From the NCBI GenBank assembly GCA_963666365.2, contig CAXXNF010000001.1, positions 512,001 through 576,000 on the forward strand: a DNA stretch of 64,000 nt, read 5' to 3'. A model generated the notes under the pieces. The model did not search any database. It was not told the origin of the DNA and saw only the letters and a program-made list of their open reading frames with translations. The translations under genes and the position numbers were made by a program. This document shows positions 18,524-27,916 of this stretch, piece after piece. Origin of the DNA: Syntrophales bacterium. Lineage in GTDB: Bacteria > Desulfobacterota > Syntrophia > Syntrophales > UBA2210. The number at the start of each line of letters is the position of its first letter. Positions within the stretch are counted from its first letter, which is position 1.

Positions 18524-21500
18524 ATGCCTGAACAGGTCAGGGGATTCGTGGTCGCATTTCTGGTGCTATCTGCGTTCTTCTGGCATATTGTGCCCGCGGT
18601 AGATCCTGTGCGTGCTGAATTTCCGCTCTGGAATCTGGATGAGCGGCCGTACACGGAAGAAGAGCTGCGCACACAACTGCCCTGGTATCTCAAGGATTAT
18701 CAAGTTATCGACGGGGAGGCCGCCTGGAACGCCATTACACCGACGGAAGGGGGCTATGACGCCTACAAAGGCCATGTTGCCGCTACCCTGCCGCTGTTAG
18801 GCAATGCCCGCATAGATGCATCAATAACTATCGAACGGGGCGTGGCCTATGAACCGACGCCCGAGGATCTGGCCCGGGTTGAGGAAAGTACCCTGCCGGT
18901 CTATGGCGTTACCTTTACCCCGACGGAACAGGACGGCCGATTGATCACAGCCGCAGTCTGCTACATTCCGGAAGAAGTGCTGGAAACAGCGGCAGCCGCA
19001 CATCAGGGAACCAGGGTACTCGCTGCCTCCGTCTCTGCAGCGGGGCAGTATGTGAAGATAGTCCAAGAAGTCGCAAACGCGACAAGTCTCGGCGCCACCG
19101 TCCAGGGCGCCTGGGATACCATGGGCCGGCATGAACAGCTGATGCGCATGTTGGATCTGGCCAATGATATCGTTGACAACGAATCACGGGATCTCATTAT
19201 TCGCAAATTGAGCGCCATGGCCTATGACGCGAGTTGTAATGAGTTTTTCAAAGGGGGGTCAGGGATAGGATCAGCGGTTATTTGCATTGTTGCAGCGCCG
19301 GAGACCTTGGGGGCCAGCCTGGTGGTTGGCGGCAGCGGATATTTGTACGGAATGATGTTGGACTGGAGCTTGGATCGTAAGATAGAGCAGATAAAGCAGG
19401 AAATGATCGATCTGGGCGTCGACTTCGACCGACCGGCCGGGACCGTGGACAAATCGGGGCTGGAAGCCCTGGTGACCGAAATCGAACAACTGGATGAGGC
19501 TGATTTTACCGCGGCAAGCTGGTCGCGGTTGTCCGAGGCGCTTGCTCAAGCGAAACTGACACTGGGCAATCCTGATATGACCCAGTATCACATAAATCTC
19601 GCACTGCAATGGTTGTCAAAGACCCGCAGCACCATGGAGGACAATCAATCTGGATTTGAAGCGGCCCCGGCGGTAGCGGGGGATAAAAAACGCGGAACTG
19701 CTTTCGACCTGAAGATCACCGGCGCCAGAAATGAATACGGGATACCGCATTCATCAGGGTTTGTCGTCATGGTAACCAGCAATCTGGAGCACGGTGCGCT
19801 CTATAATGGAGAGGCGGTCTTCGCCGGCGGAACCGCCACAGTACCCATTACCCTGTACACAGAGGGCGCACATACCCTGACGATACAGGTGGCAGCTGTG
19901 GCACGGTCCCGGACCCTGTCCGTAACCGTCGTGGTTTCACAGGAGGCGTGGAACGGCATCGTAACCATCGATGACACATTTGATTTTCTTCCCCGTACAG
20001 ACGGCATCCGCGATACCTGGGTGAAGCAATTAAGCGCGACTGCCGATGTCATAACAGCCGCAGTAATGTATCGGGACGAATCCGGCATAGGGCAGATAGG
20101 CGCCATAGAGGTATCGGCGCGGTTGGCTACCCCGCTCGCCACTGTCAGACTGGAAATAGACAAGGGATGGGTCTTCTGGCAATTTCTCAATGTAAGTGCA
20201 CACTACGAAAGCTGGATATATGATCCGGGAACTGCCAAGGCTACCAGGATTCTTACCGCCTCCGATGCCGATGCCCCCGCATTCGGTTTCCAATTTCAGG
20301 GCGGCAGGGTGCTCTGGGTGGACACTGCTCAGGGATTGATGTGTTTCAACGGCGCCGCATCCATCAAACTGGCCGACAAGGACACCTTTTTTGATCCTGT
20401 GCTCAATAACGGCTGGGTGGTCTGGAGAGAGCGACCGGCTGATGCCGTTGCCTGGAACGCATCTCACGTCAAGCTCTACAATGGCAGCGAAATTCTGAAT
20501 CTCAGCCTCATGGGCGATGCAGGCGATTATATCGGGCACTATCAGGCAACGACCGATGGCTGCCGGGTGGTGTGGAAGGGACAGAAATATCCGAACAGCT
20601 CTATAGAGGACCTCTTCTCCTACGACGGCGCCACTGTCAGGCGCCTTACCACCGATAACCCGGGACCTATCCGACACCTTCGGTTCTGGATGGACCGGGT
20701 GGTGTGGCAGCACGGGGCATACGAACTGTACCTCTGGGACGGGCAGAAAGCATCACTTATTATCGACAGCCTTCCCGCAGAAACCGAGTGGAGCACCCGC
20801 CGCCACTGGGACTTCCGGGAAGGGAAGGTGGTGTGGCACGAACATCTGGATTTTCAGAAGGAAGGAAATACGGGGTGGTGGGGCGGACCTGCGGGACCGA
20901 TTCACCTGTACGATACCTCTACAAAGACATCTCGGCAGCTCACCTGGGAAGGCAGCCAGTACGATGGGTGGAGCATAAGGAATCTGCAGTTCGATGGCCG
21001 GGGAGTATTCTGGGCCTTCACCAGATTTTCCGGCGATCCGGATTATCTCTATCAGCACGTTCTGATGCTCTATAATTGGGAAGCCAATGGGAATATGACA
21101 CTTGACCACTATAATGATCCTGCGGGCTACTATGTTACGTCTTTTTATGACAAAGGCTTTGTGGCGTGGTCCAGACGGGAACTCAGCCCGGAGGCACGGT
21201 GGTGGTTTTGGGAAGTGCCGGATGCCGGCGGCGCCAGGCAATGGATGATGGATAAGCTGGGCGATGATGACTATCCCTGGTATGATACGGAAGTATTCCG
21301 CTACTCGCCTTACACAGGGATCCAGCAGCTGACCAGACAGGATTATGAACCTGATGATGCCCAATTGGGAGGACTGAATGCCGGAAGGGTCATCTGGGCA
21401 GGACTGAGGCTCCCTGCCGGAAGCGAATTGCCCCCGGTCGGCCCGGGCACAGTCAGTGGGTCGATCTGGAACCAGCGTGATGCCTGGAGGGAGATTTACG

Positions 21501-21676
21501 CCAGGGTGACGCCGATATCTTCAGAGGATTTTGTGAAATCCGCACTGCAGGGTTTTGCAGTTCTTTGCGGTATAGCCATAGATCTCAATATCAGCGACAA
21601 CGATTTTAATAAAAATGGAAAAATTGATCTCGGAGATATTGCCTATGCCCTTCAAAGAGCTGGCGGATTGAGATAA
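18524..21676 (+). CDS. Large secreted multidomain protein: helical/hydrophobic-hairpin region, FIVAR-like domain, Ig-like domain, beta-propeller-like repeats, C-terminal dockerin-like tail
   Basis: RBS AGGAGG and ATG 18524; signal peptide; VDKSGLEALV..FTAASW..L..AL..A (FIVAR-like); repeated G.VVW blades; DFNKNGKIDLGDIAYALQ..GLR. Confidence 0.75.
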   Translation: MPEQVRGFVVAFLVLSAFFWHIVPAVDPVRAEFPLWNLDERPYTEEELRTQLPWYLKDYQVIDGEAAWNAITPTEGGYDAYKGHVAATLPLLGNARIDASITIERGVAYEPTPEDLARVEESTLPVYGVTFTPTEQDGRLITAAVCYIPEEVLETAAAAHQGTRVLAASVSAAGQYVKIVQEVANATSLGATVQGAWDTMGRHEQLMRMLDLANDIVDNESRDLIIRKLSAMAYDASCNEFFKGGSGIGSAVICIVAAPETLGASLVVGGSGYLYGMMLDWSLDRKIEQIKQEMIDLGVDFDRPAGTVDKSGLEALVTEIEQLDEADFTAASWSRLSEALAQAKLTLGNPDMTQYHINLALQWLSKTRSTMEDNQSGFEAAPAVAGDKKRGTAFDLKITGARNEYGIPHSSGFVVMVTSNLEHGALYNGEAVFAGGTATVPITLYTEGAHTLTIQVAAVARSRTLSVTVVVSQEAWNGIVTIDDTFDFLPRTDGIRDTWVKQLSATADVITAAVMYRDESGIGQIGAIEVSARLATPLATVRLEIDKGWVFWQFLNVSAHYESWIYDPGTAKATRILTASDADAPAFGFQFQGGRVLWVDTAQGLMCFNGAASIKLADKDTFFDPVLNNGWVVWRERPADAVAWNASHVKLYNGSEILNLSLMGDAGDYIGHYQATTDGCRVVWKGQKYPNSSIEDLFSYDGATVRRLTTDNPGPIRHLRFWMDRVVWQHGAYELYLWDGQKASLIIDSLPAETEWSTRRHWDFREGKVVWHEHLDFQKEGNTGWWGGPAGPIHLYDTSTKTSRQLTWEGSQYDGWSIRNLQFDGRGVFWAFTRFSGDPDYLYQHVLMLYNWEANGNMTLDHYNDPAGYYVTSFYDKGFVAWSRRELSPEARWWFWEVPDAGGARQWMMDKLGDDDYPWYDTEVFRYSPYTGIQQLTRQDYEPDDAQLGGLNAGRVIWAGLRLPAGSELPPVGPGTVSGSIWNQRDAWREIYARVTPISSEDFVKSALQGFAVLCGIAIDLNISDNDFNKNGKIDLGDIAYALQRAGGLR

Positions 21677-21763
21677 ATATTTCTCAAATTCAGAAAATAA
21701 TATATCACATGATCCATGGAACGGCACCAAACATTAAATAGAAACCTATAAGGACATCACCCT

Positions 21764-22660
21764 ATGAGCGAATTTTCCGTAGCGATTTCCAACAGAAAAA
21801 AGACCCGCTTGTTGGCGTTTATGATGATGATGGAGATATACACCCTAGGCGTCTCCGCCATCGGTATGTTCACCTCAAATTCCGTGGTATTCGTGGCCAA
21901 CTTCGTCATTGCCTTTACGGGCGCACTGGCTGCGGGACTTTCGTTGTATACGGTCAGAATGATGTCCCGCGGAATGGATCTGCGCAATACCTACGGATTG
22001 GGAAGAATGGAAACAATCTCCAGCATTGTGGTGGGCGTCACCATGGTGCTCGCCGCACTGTTCGTCGGGTACGAAACGATAATGAAGGTGCTCCATCCCG
22101 TCACACAGCATGGCGGTTTTGCGGCACTGCTGTTGACCTGCGTTTCTTTCATCGCTTCCCTCTGGCTCTGGATAAGCAATTACCGGTTGAGCAGAAAGGA
22201 ACATTCCCCGATATTTGACTCGATGTGGCGTATGGCCAGGATCGGAGCGCTCGAGGATTCACTCATCATCCTGGCCGTCGGCATCGCGCTTATTTTTCAT
22301 GGCGCCGTCTGGACACGCTATCTTGATGTCTGTGCCACATCAATCCTTATGATCAGCATCATCAAATCCATATACGACGTCTTTTCCAGTTCCCTGTCCG
22401 ATCTGCTGGATCGCAGTCTCGATGAATATCACATGCTCATTATTCTGCGCGAACTCGTAGCCAATTTTGACGCCTATGACCAAATTCACGGATTTCGAAC
22501 CCGCCGTTCGGGCAGCCAGGCCTTTATTGAGCTGTTTCTGGAATTTAATCCCGACACCAGAATGGAAGCGCTCTATGATCTGCTGGACCGTATGGAATCG
22601 GCACTGAAGGAGCAGATACCGCAGGCGCAGGTGTTGATTATCCCCAGCCGCTCGTCATGA
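21764..22660 (+). CDS. Cation diffusion facilitator (CDF) family transporter
   Basis: YGLGRME.I, about 6 TM helices, L.DLLD, H..RTRRSGS..FIE C-terminal dimerisation domain. Confidence 0.8.
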   Translation: MSEFSVAISNRKKTRLLAFMMMMEIYTLGVSAIGMFTSNSVVFVANFVIAFTGALAAGLSLYTVRMMSRGMDLRNTYGLGRMETISSIVVGVTMVLAALFVGYETIMKVLHPVTQHGGFAALLLTCVSFIASLWLWISNYRLSRKEHSPIFDSMWRMARIGALEDSLIILAVGIALIFHGAVWTRYLDVCATSILMISIIKSIYDVFSSSLSDLLDRSLDEYHMLIILRELVANFDAYDQIHGFRTRRSGSQAFIELFLEFNPDTRMEALYDLLDRMESALKEQIPQAQVLIIPSRSS

Positions 22661-22716
22661 CGGGCACAGGGATGTCGTGCGCCACCATGATTATGCAGCG
22701 TAACATAAAGGGATTC

Positions 22717-23706
22717 ATGATGTATGAAATGTTAATGTGTGTGCAGGCCGCAAAAAAGTATGCAGGCTCGCTTTCAGGCCTGCTGCTGTTATCAGCAGTG
22801 CTGGCATCAGGGACATGGGCGGGAAACGAATCCCCTGATATGGGCCGATATTTCTTCTCCGGTAACGGCGTGCTCACCATAACAAGCGAGCAGACCACAC
22901 AATCATTTTCCGGTGTGTACCGCAAGGGACGGGGAAATTACGACAGAGAGGCGATTCGTCGGATCTGCCGCGTATTCAACGCCCCCTGTAAACCTTCCCG
23001 CATGGAACTCTCTTTGCGTCTCATCGAATTTATCGATTATCTTGAAGATCAATTGCACAGAGGCGCCAAAATCACCATTACCTCAGGCTACAGAAAACCA
23101 CGCTACAATACCATGCTGAGAGATGAGGGACATCTGGCGGCCAAGGCCAGTCTGCACCAGTATGGCATGGCGGTGGATCTCAAAATAGAGGGGGTCCACC
23201 CAGAGACGCTCTGGCGGTATGTCCGGGATCTCAAATTCGGCGGCGCCGGGTATTACCATGGAACGATAGTGCATGTTGATGTGGGGCCGGCCCGTTTCTG
23301 GGATGAAACCACCTCCGGCGTGGGGACGGGAATCTCCGACGACAACAAGCTCATCGGCATTGTCACCGACTACGATGTGTACCGTCCCGGCATGACCATA
23401 ACGCTTCGATTTATTCGCATGACCGCCTTCCCCATCCACGTTGCATCATCGTTCTCATTACTGCGTCAAAACAGCCGAGGAGAATTTGAAGCACACGGGA
23501 CTTTCATTCCTCTATTCCCCCTTTCGTCTTCAGGCGAATGCACCGGGTTCGAGAACATCGATGAAATGAATTACATCACATGGCGTCTGCCAATCGACAC
23601 ACCCCCAGGCCGCTATAAAATACAGGCCCATTTCTGCGAAATGAAATGGCCCGACATGCCCCCATACATCGAAACCCCGGCCTTTGAAGTAAGAACCGCA
23701 CAATGA
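22717..23706 (+). CDS. YcbK/DUF882 family M15-type zinc peptidase with C-terminal extension
   Basis: ITSGYR...N..L, S.H..G.A.D and GG.GYY....HVDVG..R.W motifs; start uncertain (22657-22730). Confidence 0.8.
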   Translation: MMYEMLMCVQAAKKYAGSLSGLLLLSAVLASGTWAGNESPDMGRYFFSGNGVLTITSEQTTQSFSGVYRKGRGNYDREAIRRICRVFNAPCKPSRMELSLRLIEFIDYLEDQLHRGAKITITSGYRKPRYNTMLRDEGHLAAKASLHQYGMAVDLKIEGVHPETLWRYVRDLKFGGAGYYHGTIVHVDVGPARFWDETTSGVGTGISDDNKLIGIVTDYDVYRPGMTITLRFIRMTAFPIHVASSFSLLRQNSRGEFEAHGTFIPLFPLSSSGECTGFENIDEMNYITWRLPIDTPPGRYKIQAHFCEMKWPDMPPYIETPAFEVRTAQ

Positions 23707-23709
23707 CGA

Positions 23710-23723
23710 GGGGGGGGGGGGGG
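23710..23723. repeat. G14 homopolymer tract
   Basis: 14 consecutive G between two convergent genes. Confidence 0.9.
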
Positions 23724-23760
23724 AGGGGAGTGACACTGCTTCGAAATAAGCAGCACACTA

Positions 23761-25446
23761 TCATTTCAAGCGAATCTGCCCCTTTTTAATCTTCCTGTAT
23801 ATGGTCGATGGGTTGATATGAAGAAGCTCAGCGGTTTTTTCGATGGTGCCCGATTCCTGATAGGCCCTTTTGACAAGGATTTCCTCCACCTTATCAAAGG
23901 CATCCCTCAGCGGCATCACGCCATGTACCGAAATATCTTCTTTCTGTTTTTCCGATGATTTGACTTCCAGTTGATTCACAAGATCGTATTCCGCTTCATC
24001 GACCTCATCAGAACTTGCGACGACAAGCAGTCTCTCGATGACATTTTTCAGTTCACGAACATTTCCTGGCCAATTGTAATGATAGAGGCGGGGAATCAGA
24101 GAGTTGCCGATTCTGACGTTTGAACCGTACTTCAGGTTGAGCGTTTTCAGGAAAAAGCGGATGAGGGGCAGGATATCATCGCGCCTGTCCCTCAGGGGTG
24201 GGATATGAATCGGAATGACACTTAAACGGTAGAAAAGGTCCCGTCTGAATCCCGTCCCATCGGTCAGCTGTTCCCTGGTGAGATTGGTCGAAGCGATGAT
24301 CCTGACATCGGTGGAAATTGTCTTATTTGAGCCCACCCGCATGTATTCATTCTCCTGAATGACCCGTAGGAGCTTGCTTTGCATTCCGAAAGGGAGTTCG
24401 CTGATCTCATCGAGAAAGAGGGTCCCCTTTTCCGCTTCATCAAAGAGCCCTTTTCGCCCTCCCTTTTTCGCCCCCGTGAAGGCCCCTTCCTCGTAGCCGA
24501 AAAATTCCGATTCCAGCAGTTCGGAGGGAACGGCAGAACAGTTGACGCCGACAAAGGGACCGGAATTTCTACTTCCCGCCTGGTGGATCATCCGCGCGAT
24601 CATCTCCTTGCCTACTCCCGATTCACCCCAGATAAAAACCGGCGAATCGAATTTACCCGCCTTGACGGCGACCTGCACCACCCGCTTCATCTGTTCGCTG
24701 GAATAGACGATACGATCCTTTTCTAGAAGAACCTCCAGAGTATTCAGTCGTTTATAATACTGATCTTTCAGCGTCTCGGAACTCGTGAGATCGCTCTCAA
24801 GTTGAATCATCCTGGTCACGTCCCGTCCTGTGCTAATCACCTTTCGAATTTTCCCTAGGCTGTCACAAAAAGGGGTGCTTCGCCACTGGAGGGTGAAACC
24901 CGAACCGTAGGTAACATTCGTGCTCGTTGGTTTCTTCCCTTTCAGCGCATTCAGGGAGGCCGATCCCGACAAGGCCCGTTCTTCAACGAGTTTGTGCAGA
25001 TTCATACCGATCCATTCCTTTACATCGACACCGATATATTTGGACAGAGTTTCGTTGAGATGCTCAAGCACACCATCCTGGTCGGTAACCGCAACCCCGA
25101 CATCAATGGTGTCCAGAAACATATCGAAATCCATCACCTTGAGAATATCCGCCGTATCGAAAAGGTAGAGGTGGCCTCTTCCTTTTCCTTCCAGCTCGAT
25201 GGGAAAGACCGTGATCCGACGCGGCGTCTTTCCGATTCGGATGATGCGCGGCGCCCGCAAAACCTCGACAGATTCATGCGTTCCGAAGTGGGGATCGATG
25301 CCAGATAGGTTGTCAAGAGAAGAGAAACCCGCAGAGCGGAGTATTAATGCCGCCGGATCATTCGTCAGAAGGATACGCCCTCCTTCATCAGCAAGGAGGA
25401 CGGGATTAACCAGTTGCTTTAGAATATCTTCTTCAACAGCGATCAT
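23761..25446 (-). CDS. PAS-domain sigma-54-dependent enhancer-binding protein
   Basis: GESGVGKE, ESEFFG, GAFTGA, LFLDEI, FRRDLFYRL, WPGNVREL, C-terminal Fis-type HTH. Confidence 0.95.
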   Translation of the reverse strand: MIAVEEDILKQLVNPVLLADEGGRILLTNDPAALILRSAGFSSLDNLSGIDPHFGTHESVEVLRAPRIIRIGKTPRRITVFPIELEGKGRGHLYLFDTADILKVMDFDMFLDTIDVGVAVTDQDGVLEHLNETLSKYIGVDVKEWIGMNLHKLVEERALSGSASLNALKGKKPTSTNVTYGSGFTLQWRSTPFCDSLGKIRKVISTGRDVTRMIQLESDLTSSETLKDQYYKRLNTLEVLLEKDRIVYSSEQMKRVVQVAVKAGKFDSPVFIWGESGVGKEMIARMIHQAGSRNSGPFVGVNCSAVPSELLESEFFGYEEGAFTGAKKGGRKGLFDEAEKGTLFLDEISELPFGMQSKLLRVIQENEYMRVGSNKTISTDVRIIASTNLTREQLTDGTGFRRDLFYRLSVIPIHIPPLRDRRDDILPLIRFFLKTLNLKYGSNVRIGNSLIPRLYHYNWPGNVRELKNVIERLLVVASSDEVDEAEYDLVNQLEVKSSEKQKEDISVHGVMPLRDAFDKVEEILVKRAYQESGTIEKTAELLHINPSTIYRKIKKGQIRLK

Positions 25447-25478
25447 GAATGTCCTCAGCTCTCAGGCATTGTTATTTT

Positions 25479-25540
25479 CTGCACGATGCAAGATATTCTT
25501 GCATAATGCAAGATATTTTTGCATAAAGCGAGATTTCTTA
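25479..25540. promoter_or_regulatory. Three 20-bp tandem imperfect palindromes (TTGCATAATGCAA-type); probable enhancer (UAS) for the adjacent activator
   Basis: TGCACGATGCAAGATATTCT / TGCATAATGCAAGATATTTT / TGCATAAAGCGAGATTTCTT, 60-120 bp upstream of a -24/-12 promoter. Confidence 0.7.
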
Positions 25541-25596
25541 TGAATTTCGGAAAGGGTCTTTATATAAAATGAAGTAAATTCATATCATTGCAGTAA

Positions 25597-25612
25597 CGGC
25601 ACGGCTATTGCT
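25597..25612 (+). promoter_or_regulatory. Sigma-54 (-24/-12) promoter of the acyl-CoA operon
   Basis: CGGCACGGCTATTGCT matches YGGCAC-N5-TTGCW. Confidence 0.8.
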
Positions 25613-25653
25613 TTCGCTGAAGAACAAGTACGGAAGAAAAGGAGAAAAAGAAG

Positions 25654-26550
25654 ATGACAATCCGTTTCGATCAGCGAGTCGCGATAGTAACGGGTGCAGG
25701 AGCGGGGCTCGGCAGAAGCTATGCTCTGGAACTCGCCGCCCGTGGCGCGCGAGTGGTGGTAAACGATGCCGGCCTCCTTCCCGACGGCGCCTCCCGTGCC
25801 CTTGCGGTGGTTGAAGAAATCCGCCGTCAGGGCGGCCGTGCCGTCGACAGTTGCGACAGAGTGGGGAATCGGGATGCAGCGGTAAAGATCGTTGCCGCGG
25901 CCATGGAGCACTTCGGGCGGCTTGATATACTCATCAACAATGCGGGGATTCTCAGGGACAAGAGTTTTCACAAGATGCCTCTCGACGATTTCGAAGAGGT
26001 GCTTCGGGTCCATCTTCTCGGGTCCGTCTATCTCACCAAAGCCGCCTTTCCACTCATGCAAAATGCACATTACGGGAGAATCCTTCTGACCACATCGACT
26101 GCCGGTCTTTACGGCAATTTCGGGCAGACGAATTACGCCGCGGCCAAGCTCGGCCTTGTGGGATTTATGAATGCCCTTAAACTGGAAGGATTGAAATACA
26201 ACATTACCGTAAACACTATTGCGCCCATCGCCGCTACGGGAATGGCGGGAGGAACATTTCCGGAAGAGATTTCCGACAGGATCACACCGGAACAAGTTAC
26301 ATCGATGGCCCTCTATCTCGTGAGCGAGGAATGCAGGGTCACGGGAAGGATTCTATCGGCAGGGGGAGGTTACTACTCGAGCGCGCACATGATCGAGGGA
26401 ATGGGGGTGCGTTTCGAGCCCGGAAGTTCTGTCACAGTGGAACAGGTCGCGGAACGGTTTTCAGAAATCATATCCATGAATGAGCCGCGTCATTACGAAA
26501 ACGCCGCTGAAAACGTGGTGCGCATACTGTCTCCCCTTGTCGGGGAATAG
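25654..26550 (+). CDS. SDR oxidoreductase resembling the MFE-2-type 3-hydroxyacyl-CoA dehydrogenase domain
   Basis: TGAGAGLG, NNAGILRD, GLYGNFGQTNYAAAK (YxxxK). Confidence 0.9.
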   Translation: MTIRFDQRVAIVTGAGAGLGRSYALELAARGARVVVNDAGLLPDGASRALAVVEEIRRQGGRAVDSCDRVGNRDAAVKIVAAAMEHFGRLDILINNAGILRDKSFHKMPLDDFEEVLRVHLLGSVYLTKAAFPLMQNAHYGRILLTTSTAGLYGNFGQTNYAAAKLGLVGFMNALKLEGLKYNITVNTIAPIAATGMAGGTFPEEISDRITPEQVTSMALYLVSEECRVTGRILSAGGGYYSSAHMIEGMGVRFEPGSSVTVEQVAERFSEIISMNEPRHYENAAENVVRILSPLVGE

Positions 26551-26599
26551 CGGGATACGCGGCAATTCATTATCAACAAAGAATATATCGGGAGGGTAT

Positions 26600-27892
26600 A
26601 TGAAAGATCGAATCTATGTCATCGGAGTGGGCATGACGCCGATCACCAAAGACGGCGGTTCCTATGAAGACTTGTGTCGCGCCGCAATTTCCGAAGCCAT
26701 GGAAGATGCAGGACTCAGTTTTGAAGGGGACCAGAATGCCATCGGCGGCATCTGGTACGGCAATTGCGGACAGGGCATGCTCACCAGCCAGCACAGCATT
26801 CGGGGCCAGGTGATCCTGAGGCGGCTCGGCTTCGAGTGCATGCCCGTCGTGAACGTCGAGAACGCCTGCGCCACGGCATCCACGGCATTGAATCAGGCGG
26901 TGAATCACATACTGGCCGGAGCATCCGATTTGACGCTGGCGGTGGGAATTGAAAAGATCATGCCCGATTTCACTACGCTTGACGACTTTCCGGAAATTGC
27001 CGCGGCCCTTCCCCATCTCGGACTGGCCGCATTCTGGGTAGGATGCGAGCAGGACAAAAAGAAACTGTACATCGAGAAATGGCGGCGGGAAAAATCGGAA
27101 GTCCTCGGGATTCCCTATGAAGAAACAAATGTAGGCGGCGACCGGAGCCCCTTTATGGATTATTACGCCGTAAAGGCCCTGAAAGTCATGAAGAAGTACG
27201 GCTACACCCAGGAACAACTGGCCAGGGTCTGCGCCAAAACCCATCACCACAGTTCGATGAACCCGAAGGCGCAGTACCGGAAGGACATGACCTGGGAGGA
27301 CGTCATGGCGGATAAGCCCATCACCTATCCCCTGACCCGCCCAATGTGCGCGCCCACGGGCGAGGGGTGCGCCGCGGCCATAGTCTGCTCAGAACACTAT
27401 CTGGAGGAGCACAGAAATATAAATGATCCGATCCGGATTCTCGCGTCGGTCATCGTATCGGGACGTGCACGGGGAGATTTCGATCAAGACATATCGGGCC
27501 GGGGGGCTGAGATCGCCTTTCAACAGGCGGGGGTAGAACGGAAGGACATTGATGTGCTGGAGCTTCATGACGCGACAACCTTCGGCGAAATCTATCAGAC
27601 GGCCCAGGCCGGTTTCTGCCGCGCGCAAGACGCCGGTGTGTACTGCTCTTCCGGGGCGACCGCCCTGGGTGGAGAGCTGCCGACAAACGTAAGCGGCGGC
27701 CTTATTTCCCGCGGCCACCCTGTCGGCTGCACCGGTCTCGCCCAGGCATACGAACTGGTGACCCAACTGCGGGGGCGCGCCGGCGAACGGCAGGTAAAAG
27801 GGGCAAAGACCGGCATGCAGATCAACGGAGGCGGCGTGATCGGCGTCGAAGAAGCAGCACTGGGAGTGCATATCTACCGCAAAGAGGAATAG
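26600..27892 (+). CDS. Thiolase, SCP-x/non-canonical type
   Basis: VENACATAS, ELHDA, SGGL.SRGHP.G.TG; start ATG 26600 with RBS GGAGG. Confidence 0.9.
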   Translation: MKDRIYVIGVGMTPITKDGGSYEDLCRAAISEAMEDAGLSFEGDQNAIGGIWYGNCGQGMLTSQHSIRGQVILRRLGFECMPVVNVENACATASTALNQAVNHILAGASDLTLAVGIEKIMPDFTTLDDFPEIAAALPHLGLAAFWVGCEQDKKKLYIEKWRREKSEVLGIPYEETNVGGDRSPFMDYYAVKALKVMKKYGYTQEQLARVCAKTHHHSSMNPKAQYRKDMTWEDVMADKPITYPLTRPMCAPTGEGCAAAIVCSEHYLEEHRNINDPIRILASVIVSGRARGDFDQDISGRGAEIAFQQAGVERKDIDVLELHDATTFGEIYQTAQAGFCRAQDAGVYCSSGATALGGELPTNVSGGLISRGHPVGCTGLAQAYELVTQLRGRAGERQVKGAKTGMQINGGGVIGVEEAALGVHIYRKEE

Positions 27893-27916
27893 AAAAAATT
27901 TCAAGGAGGAAAGATC

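Noticed and set aside
25479..25540. Short repeats as a mini-CRISPR
   Set aside because: 20-bp period with no spacers and no cas genes; fits an activator binding array
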